DNA of 63,620 nucleotides, filler included, from Chrysochromulina tobinii (lineage: Eukaryota), in assembly GCA_001275005.1 (NCBI GenBank). It is 5 parts of 5 records of this genome, joined end to end, with 100 filler letters (N's around TTAATTAATTAA, not from the genome) between each part and the next. Parts side by side here need not be neighbours in the genome. Positions count along the whole stretch, not along the records: positions 41,490 to 61,051 come from JWZX01001124.1; positions 61,152 to 63,620 come from JWZX01001127.1; 3 more parts are not named here. One strand, given 5' to 3'. Shown here piece after piece: positions 55,618-63,620 of the stretch. Each line of letters begins with the position of its first letter. The first letter of the stretch is position 1. A program made the translations under genes and the position numbers. The notes under the pieces are model-generated. The model saw only the letters and a program-made list of their open reading frames with translations. It searched no databases and had not been told where the DNA came from.

Positions 55618-56799
55618 TACCCCGTATTGTTCTACTGTGTGTCTGTGTCTCAAAAACTCACTCACTCGGCAAAGTTAAGGCAAAGTACGGCTAACCTGGG
55701 TGAACTCGCCGCTCCCCGAGCCTGTGTTTGGTCGTGGTGTGTTTGTCTGCACCTTCCACGGAGTGTCTCCACGGGACCGGTGGTCGTGCGTCTTGCCGAA
55801 GGCAAATTAAAGTGATCGTGAACGTGAACATCAGTTGTACGGGTATAACGAAACATTACCGGCACCAAACTTGAGAAGGCCAAGCTTCTAGACCAGTGCG
55901 GCGCAGAAAAAGCCGTCCCAGCGCCGAAGCCACTTTAAGAGCAGCGGTGACAGGACCCAGCCCGTTTGCCTGACGGAGTCCTCGAGAGGAATTACGGCCC
56001 CGCCGCCACCGAGCAGGGTTGCCGCGATTGTGGCCATGGCGCCGAAGATGGCTACTTGTGGCACCGCATCCGTCCTCTCGTGGCCCCTGTCCATGCCCAT
56101 AAATACGACCGCTGACTCATCCAACACTGCCAACGTTGATGTAGGATCTTTGAACTGAATAGGAGCCCACCACCACTCGTCGTCATATTCGTCACCTGAA
56201 GACCGTGGCCACGGCACCGGCGCGGCGGCTGGTCCACCCACGGCCCGCCACCCCTCCCACATCGCCGTCGCCGAAGCCGCCGCCGCCTGCGCCCGTGCCT
56301 GTGGTGTTGGTGTCTGAGGACGCGACCGTCGGCCGACTGCTGGAGATGCGGCTGGTGGTTGGGCTTGCCCCGAAGGTGGTGTCTGTGACCCACTCGAAAT
56401 GGCGAGTCGATCCGCTCCACCCGATAAGTTTTCAGCCATCGAAGCCGCACAGAGGATGCCGAATTAGGGTCTTCTGTGGCTCTGGCAAACCTAATGCCCA
56501 AAAATGGGTACATGTGAAAGTCCTCAAAAGTGGTCGGTGTGGTGGACATCAAGCTTGCTTGCTTGGACGTCAACTTCAGTGCGGCGGGGGTGGGCGCGGC
56601 ACCGCCAAGCAAGCAAGCAAGGTCGCGGTACCTAACCATAGGATACCTCGAGAACCTCGAGACACGTCCAAGCACCCGAGACACGTCGAGTCCGTCTCGT
56701 GTGTATCACGCTGTCAACGTCTACTGGCCGTGGCATGCCCATGGCCTCAACATGGGCCTCAAACCTGCTTCAAACCGCCAGCCGTCGCAGGGTATCATG

Positions 56800-57828
56800 T
56801 CACTGCTGCAGGCTGCGAACACGAGTGAGCTCCTCCAGCATCAACCGGTTCTCCCTGGTCAGCTGCTCGATCTGCTGCCGCTGCTGCTCGACGATGCTCT
56901 GGATAGACTCTCCCTCACTCCTGCCCTCAGCCAGCTGCGCCTGCAAAGTGCCGGGGCGCCCTCCCGCGGCCGCAGTGCCGGGCATCGCGGTTTCCGTGGT
57001 CGCTGACGTCGTGGCGGCTGCGGCGTCAGCGCCGCTCCCCCGTGCCGAGCTCATCGCCTGCCACTGCATGCACGTGGACCCAGCAGGGCTTTCGTCACCG
57101 GTGCCGGCACCGAGACTCGTCGTGGGTCTAAGAGCGTAGTCGGGCAGCGTAGGCGATGGCTCGCTGGCAGAGGGGCGATTGGCAGCGGTCGGCGTGGCTG
57201 GAGGATTCAACTTCGTGACCGCTTTGAGCGGCTCAGTCAGTTGCGAGAGGCTCGGGTAGGTTGCTGCAAGCTGCTCGTCCTCGGGCTCGATCTTGACACG
57301 AAAGCGCTGGTGACCATGGCGTGCAGACAGGGCAGTCTTACCCATCTTGAGACGCAAGTGCGCGCGCCCCTCAGTGATGGTCACGTGCGTGTCGCCAGTC
57401 AGCAGTGGCTCACCATCGATGGCTCGGACAGGGTTGGAGTTCTCGTAGAGCAACCGTGCAACCAAGCGCAGGCGATTGGGCGATGGGCGACTGGCCCGCA
57501 AGTTAACAAGCACGACCACAATCTCGAAAAGGCGCATATTGGAGACGATGTACTCTTTCTCCTCCGTGTTCTCGTGCATCACCTTGTGGACCTGATGTTT
57601 CTCCGTGTGCAGCGCACAGTCCTCCCACGTGTCCGAGTCCGTTGGCACAGGCGGTGGAGCGGCAGGTTGCAGTGCAGCGGCATGTATCTCTGTGTCCTCG
57701 AACTGTTGCAGCAAGGTTGTGGGATCTCCACCAAGTGAGTCCACCAGATGCTGGAGATCCTCGTCGGCCCCGGTGCTGAGTTGCGCGAAAAGATCATCGC
57801 TAAAGGGATCATTTCCCGATGGATTCAT
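56800..57828 (-). CDS. Putative transcription factor with a CudA/CBP60-like beta-sandwich DNA-binding domain and C-terminal coiled coil
   Basis: ARLLYEN...LLTG...EGRAHLRLKM..LSARHGHQRFRVKIEP...TEPLKAVTK; acidic N-terminus; QQRQQIEQLTRENRLMLEEL. Confidence 0.55.
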   Translation of the reverse strand: MNPSGNDPFSDDLFAQLSTGADEDLQHLVDSLGGDPTTLLQQFEDTEIHAAALQPAAPPPVPTDSDTWEDCALHTEKHQVHKVMHENTEEKEYIVSNMRLFEIVVVLVNLRASRPSPNRLRLVARLLYENSNPVRAIDGEPLLTGDTHVTITEGRAHLRLKMGKTALSARHGHQRFRVKIEPEDEQLAATYPSLSQLTEPLKAVTKLNPPATPTAANRPSASEPSPTLPDYALRPTTSLGAGTGDESPAGSTCMQWQAMSSARGSGADAAAATTSATTETAMPGTAAAGGRPGTLQAQLAEGRSEGESIQSIVEQQRQQIEQLTRENRLMLEELTRVRSLQQ

Positions 57829-57989
57829 TTGCGAATGTTGCCGAAGACGAGAAGCTTCGTGGACTTCGCGTGCCGTGGACGTGTGCGTGGTGCGGGTTGT
57901 GCGTCGGCTTTGCGCGGAGCGCGGCGACGAACGCCGGTCCGCCACAACCCCGTCGCGAACGCCGTCGCGGTGCGGTGTTTCGTACCGGT

Positions 57990-58130
57990 AAAAAGACACC
58001 GGGGGGAGCCGGGACACTCGTACCGGTACCGGTACCAGTAAAAAGGCGCGGGGGGAGCCGGGGCACACACGGCTCACGGGACACACGGGCACACGGATCA
58101 CACAGCGCGAACCTCACAACCATCCCGCCC
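57990..58130 (-). repeat. Dispersed repeat copy, inverted relative to 42322-42398, with a duplicated CCGGCTCCCCCC core
   Basis: Reverse complement reads gggcgggatggttgtgaggttcgcgctgtgtgatccgtgtgcccgtgtg...ccggctcccccc...ttttt. Confidence 0.75.
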
Positions 58131-59976
58131 CACACCACCAACGCATACGGTCTTGGGCGCAAACTTGTCGCCGTTACTTTTGCGTCTGGATTCCTGTACA
58201 AACTTCAGTCCTAATTTGTACGTTGCGCGCCTTCAGAGTGCCTTTGAATTACCGAGCGGGTCCTGCTGCACTTTCCCATGAGAAGGCCATACCACATCAT
58301 GGCCATGACCATCGAGCGCCCCTCGGCGGCGCTGCGGTCGCAGCTTGCCGCATGGAACTATACGCACGCGTTTACTAGTGGCGTCGGCCTAGGCGACGAG
58401 CTCTATCTGAGCGCGGCCTTCCCCGGTGGTGTTGAGCGTGCGTTGGAACGGGGCAGGGCCGCCGCTCGAGAGTGGGTGACGTGGTACTGCAGCCACGGCG
58501 GGTATGTATTGGTGTGCCGCAGTCCTCTGTCCTGACTCCATCGCGAGGTACCTGCGGAAGAACTATGGTATCGTGTAACTCCTGTTTATAATCATCAGCT
58601 TACGATCCTCGCTGTTCCCTCGCTTGGGCGCCGTTGCCATCACCGACACCCACACACCGGAACACACCACGGACCACCGCGCCGGCCGGCTAGCGGCTTG
58701 CGGGCTTGCCGCTTGCGCGCTTCCGAATCCGGAATCGTCCGCGTCGCGGGACGGGTATTGTAAGTAACTGTAAGTAAGTAAACATCGCCTACAGGCAGCG
58801 TACACGTGGCGAGGGGTCACCCCCAGGCATACTAAGCGTGTACGGTGTTCAGCAACACGGGTGTTGGAACTGATGAAAGCCATGATAGTAACATGATTGA
58901 TGATAGTCAACCCTCGGTGCAGACAGGAAGTGTCCCGTGTGTAGAGAAGTTTTTCTTTTGTCTCACCGGACCGTACCTAACGAGGCGGGCGACCATCGGG
59001 CGGCATTGAGCCCCCCCTTGGCAGGGGGCGGTTCGTTTGCAACCCCCCTACGAGCCACCCCCACAAGTATAACGGCCTATACGGAATACGGTCCGGGGTT
59101 CATCAGTGTGATGACACCCGGTGACCCCTTACCCCCCCCCTCCCGACACATCGAACCCCCCTTTTCCGTAGGGGAAGTTCGGGAGGTTGTGGAAAAACCA
59201 TCCACCCTGGGGAGGATTTTTCGATGCGTTTCACGGCCCGCCCCCGGATGGGGGGGCGTCGCGCCGTAGGGCGATGGTGTCGTGGTGGTCCTCGTCGTGA
59301 CCGGCCCCTTATGGGGAGCCGGCCGCGCCCACCCCCTGAGGAGGAGGGCGGTGACGAGATTGTGTTCTCTAGGGATTTGTGTGTGTGTATTTGTAAGAAA
59401 GTGGTGTGTGTCAGTATTGACTTGACTTGTTTTTACTGGGAGGCGTTTTGGGGATGGACTTTCTTTTGGGAACTTTCTTCTTTTGGTGATTTTCTTCTCT
59501 TTCTTTCTTTCCCTGGACCACCAACACCACCGTGTAAGGATGTCTTATACGTTACACGGTAGGCGTTGGGCACGGCGTGGGGGATAAACCCCCTTGCCCC
59601 AATGGCTGCTTTGAGTGTGAACGCCGAAACAGCGCAATGAACAAACTCATTTCTCCCCTTCATTCTAAAGCCGCAACCTCGCACACCTCGACGCCCCGTT
59701 CGCGCAGCACGGTGCGCCGCGCACACGCGGAGCGCAGCACCTGGTCAAGTTGGCAACTACGGAGCTGGACGTGGGCGATGTGCACGTCATGCCCCAACAG
59801 AGCATTGGGGCACGTCTATGCCCGTGAGCCTCGCGTTGACTATGCTCTTGGCCGCACACTGCGTGCACGTGCCACACGCATTGGTGCTAGGCTCGTCACG
59901 AACAGACAGTCGGATTGCTGCGCGACGGTCCGCGTGCTGACCGTCGGATCGTGCCCCAATCGTGCTTTAGGACACC

Positions 59977-60971
59977 ATGCCGCCAGCAAAACGCAAGAAC
60001 TTTGAGAAGCGACCGCAGTGGCGATCACATGCAGCTGGGACTGCAGATGATCAGCAAGCGGAAGAGCTTGCGATCGTCCCACTCGCTCATATCACTGCGG
60101 CGGAGCGTCGCGAGATCTTTGCTCGGGTGCTGTGGCTTCATGACTACAAGTTGGTCTTTGACGCCGAGACAGAGGCGAGCGCTGAGTCAGTGCGCGCGCT
60201 GATGGTGCAATACACGTCAGCTCATACGAGTCGGCTCATGCGGCGCGATACGCCGGAGGGTCACTGCGCGGCACGGGCTGTCGAGATGCGCCTTCGGGAC
60301 TGCGTTGGTTTCCTCGAGCGATCGCGCAACCGCCTGCACGTCCCTATCTCGCAGGCGGCAAAGGCGATTGTGTACCTCTGCTCGGGTGTCAAAGCGCCCG
60401 TCTGGAATGCTGAGCGGATGGCCAGGCGCGTTGTCAAGCGCGAGTACGCTGTGGAATTACTACGCCAGATGGCATTGTGCCGGCCACCGCCGCCGTTGCA
60501 GACATTACTCTCTGGTGGTGGTGCATCCTCTGCACGTGCATGCTGGCAATCAACAAGGCACAACGAGACGGAGCTGGCTTCAAGGGTACCGTCTTGCCTG
60601 ACATCCATTCCCTGGAGGGTAACGCAGTGCTGCACACACAGGAGGGGATCCTTGCCGTCACGGTTGCAATCATCGTGTACTTTACTACATGCGTGAAGTC
60701 GCCGACCCCAGAGCTGTTCCTCTCAGATCCAATCGTGTACATGTCCCAGGTGCAGAACGCAACCGGGATCGTGCTTGTTGAGTTTCTCCGCCACGTCGGG
60801 TTCCCAACACTCATGTGGCAGCGTGCTACACGGGGGCGTGAGGGGGTCACGTCCCTCGACGACCTCCACTGCCTCGCTTTACACAAGCACCGATGTGCAC
60901 ACAAGACGTCGTCGTCACAGATCTCGCTGCTCCATCTCATTTCCATCTATGGCACTCACCCTGCACTGTGA
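59977..60971 (+). pseudogene. Frameshifted or internally deleted ORF, possibly a DNA-transposon-associated (DUF6589-like) relic
   Basis: Protein-like 59977-~60500 continues in another frame as VEFLRHVGFPTLMWQRATRG...LDDLHCLALHKHRCAHKTSSSQISLLHL, then ends abruptly before an AT-rich repeat tail. Confidence 0.35.
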
Positions 60972-61051
60972 CGAAACATAGCTATTTTATAGCTATAAAA
61001 GATAGACATGGGCTATCTGAGCTATCTGAGGCACGAAATAGCTGCTACGTA

Positions 61052-61151
61052 NNNNNNNNNNNNNNNNNNNNNNNNNNNNNNNNNNNNNNNNNNNNTTAAT
61101 TAATTAANNNNNNNNNNNNNNNNNNNNNNNNNNNNNNNNNNNNNNNNNNNN
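61052..61151. other. Artificial contig-joining spacer
   Basis: N44-TTAATTAATTAA-N44. Confidence 0.99.
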
Positions 61152-61800
61152 AGAGCAACCTGCTCGTGGCCATTGTGGGCAGCGCACAACAAGGCGGTCC
61201 AGCCGGCGTTGTTCTGAGCGCTCACGACGGCGCCCGCCTTGAGCAGCACGAGAGCAACCTGCTCGTGGCCATTTAGGGCAGCGCACATCAAGGCGGTCCC
61301 GCCGTCGTTGTTCTGAGCGCTCACGACGGTGCCCGCCTCGAGCAGCACGAGAGCAACCTGCTCGTGGCCATTTAGGGCAGCGCACATCAAGGCGGTCCAG
61401 CCGTCGTTGGTCTGAGCGCTCATGACGGCGCCCGCCTTGAGCAGGACTAGAATAACTTGCTCGTGGCCATTTTGGGCGGCAAACATGAGCGCTGTCCAAC
61501 CATTTTTCTCAGTTTCATCAACGCCTGCCCCCGCCTCGAGCAGGACGAGAGCAACCTGCTCGTGGCCATTGTGGGCAGCGTATATCAAGGCGGTCCATCC
61601 GTCGTTGTTCTGAGCGCTCACAACGGCGCCCGCCTCGAGCAGGACGAGAATAACCTGCTCGTGGCCTTTTTCGGCAGCTTTCATCAAGGCGGTCACGCCG
61701 GCGTTGTCATGAGCGCCCACGACGGCGCCCGCCTCGAGCAGGATGAGAGCGCAACGCTCGTGTCCAAAAGTGCTCGCCCGCATGAGCGGAGTGCCACCGT
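61152..61800 (-). repeat. 99-bp tandem repeats encoding near-identical ankyrin units
   Basis: agagcaacctgctcgtggccatt and variants recur every 99 nt (61152, 61251, 61350, 61449, 61548, 61647). Confidence 0.9.
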
Positions 61801-63620
61801 TGCAATCGGCGAGCGCCGCATCCGCCCCTCGAGTGAGGAGCAGCTGCACGATAGGCTCGGCGCCCTCCTCCGCGGCGAGGTAGAGCGCGGAGCAGCCCCC
61901 GGCGCTCTGCGCATTGAGCGTTGAGGCGGTTGAGGATGCCAGCAGCTTGACGACGGCCGCGAGTTGCTTGCGGCGGGACGCGACCATAAGCGCCGTGATC
62001 CTCCCTGCGTCCTGCGTGCGAGTGAGGGTCGCCAGGTCCCCCGTCGCGGCGGCGCGCAGCCGCACTGTGCGCCTGCACGCCTCGTCGGTGAACTCGTGGT
62101 CTGAGAGTGTCGGGAAGAAGAGGCGAACGACGGCGTGCTGCTTGGCGTTCCGTGCTGCATCTGCCGCGGACTGATTTTGCGTGTTCTGCTCCTCCTTGTC
62201 AGCCCCCTTTGCGACGAGCGCACGGCAGATGGCCACGTGCCCGCCCACGGCAGCGCGGTGGAGCGGCGTGTTGGCGCGCTCGTCTGCGACGAGCGGGTTG
62301 ACGCCCGCGTCGAGCAGCGCCTCGACGAGCGTCGCATCTCCCGCCCCTGCGGCGAGACGGAGGAGCGCACCCGCGCCGTCGGAGGCGACGACGAGCGCCT
62401 TGGTGCGCGGCAGGCCCTTCTTCTCCTTCCACCCCCCGATCTTGACGTCCACCGCGTCGCCCTCCACGCCTGCGACGACGGCCTGCTGCCAGATCTTGTC
62501 AAAGGCAAGCACGCGCTTGCCCACGACGAGCGCGTCGGCAGCCGCCAGCTTCCCCGCCTCGCGCGCCACCTCGCGCGCCACGCCCTTGGCTGCCTCGAGC
62601 GCCGTGGGCAGCCACGCGGCAGGCAGCCCCTTGCGCACGAGCGTGGCAAGCACGCGCAGCCGCCACGCCTCCTTGGCTGGCACGGCCGCCGCTTCGGCCG
62701 CCGGCAGCTGCGCCGCCTTGACGAACGCGTCGCCAAACGCCGCGCCACCCGCCTGCACGCCCATGAGAACGGCGTTCGTCCACCACACGCCCCACGCAAA
62801 CGACGGCAGCGGCACGCCGCCCTCGCCGATGGCGCGCATCGCATAGTATTCCTGGAAGGAGAGGTGGAAGGCCTGCATCTGCAGCGGCTTCGCCTCGAGC
62901 AGGCGCACGAGCGGCAGCCCGTCTCGCGCCACCAGGGCGCGCAGCTCGTCGGCCGCGCGCTGGGCGGCGGCCATGCCGATGCGCGCGCCGATGCGCGCGG
63001 TGGCGGCGCCGAGTTGTGCCTCGGTGATGATGCGCTGCTCGGCGGCGTGCGCCTCGAAGAAGGTGGCTTGCAGCAGCGCGCGCGCGTCGTCCGGCACGGC
63101 GGCGCCCGACCGTTGTTTGAGCATCGCGCCGGCCGCCACCTCGTACAGCTCGGCGGTGGTAGTCGGCATGTCGATGCCGACGCGCAGCTGCGCAATGGAG
63201 CACACCATCAAGAGCATGAGGGGGTTGGCGGTGACGCGGCGCCTCGTGCCCGCCTCGCCGCCGGCGTCGAGCGGCACCTTGTCGCGCAGGTAGGACTTGA
63301 GCGCGGACGCCCACTCGTCGCCGAGCCGCGTGGCGAGAAAGGTCTCCTGCTGCGCGTCGGTCAGCGGTGCGAGGGTCAGCCTGTGGAACCCGGCAAAGCC
63401 CGCCTCGTCCAGGCCGGCCGGGCGCGAGGTGCACAGGATCACAAAGCCCTTGGGCGCGAGCACCTCGGCAACGTGCTTCTCGATACGCGCCCGTTGGGCG
63501 CCCGCCTCGTCGAGCCCGTCGAGCAGCAGCAGCACGCGCCGCTCGTGCATCGCCGCGCGCAGCATCGCATAGTGCGGCGGCGCGCACATGAGCTTGAGGT
63601 CGGCGTCGACCCAATCGTTC
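61152..63620 (-). CDS. NACHT NTPase plus ankyrin repeats (NLR-like STAND protein), truncated at both ends
   Basis: Walker B VLLLLDGLDEAG, sensor ILCTSRP, NPLML, winged-helix FHLSFQEYYA; more than 10 ankyrin repeats G.TALM.AA.NGHEQV..LLEAGA. Confidence 0.9.

Noticed and set aside
55888..56684. Minus-strand ORFs including ATLLGGGGAVIPL...QTGWVLSPLL, resembling an amino-acid-transporter N-terminus
   Set aside because: Too short and fragmentary to call; may be a relic or an exon of an unresolved gene.
58865..58910. CTGATGA resembling a hammerhead ribozyme core
   Set aside because: No stem II followed by GAAA, and no matching stems I and III.
61152..61800. Regularly spaced repeats as a CRISPR-like array
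   Set aside because: The period is 99 nt and in frame: these are coding ankyrin repeats.
1..63620. tRNA, rRNA or snRNA genes
   Set aside because: None recognised by eye; tRNAscan-SE or Infernal would be needed to exclude them.

Overview
Eukaryotic, GC-rich, gene-dense DNA, most consistent with a haptophyte alga such as Chrysochromulina (an inference from gene style and intron motifs). It is five contig pieces joined by artificial 100-nt spacers (44 N + TTAATTAATTAA + 44 N): 1-10543, 10644-21812, 21913-41389, 41490-61051 and 61152-63620. Linkage across spacers is therefore unknown. Housekeeping genes include peroxisomal carnitine acyltransferase, RER1, a GT47 exostosin, an ataxin-7/Sgf73-like protein, eIF2B epsilon, TruB, an epimerase and a CCDC78-like pseudo-kinesin. 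Five things stand out. (1) A 1218-aa tandem-TIR + AIFM2/FSP1-type NAD(P)H oxidoreductase fusion, on the same contig as a HET-domain gene and a Nudix hydrolase. (2) Spliceosomal introns, most built on TGATGGCCTC/TGATTGCCTC microsatellites, whose splice sites come from 16-41 nt duplications of the adjacent exon, suggesting a recent intron-gain mechanism. (3) A giant extensin-like surface protein with apparent cohesin and dockerin modules. (4) A NACHT-ankyrin NLR-like gene with near-identical repeats. (5) A LINE relic with internal inversions. All domain calls are by-eye motif recognition, not database searches.
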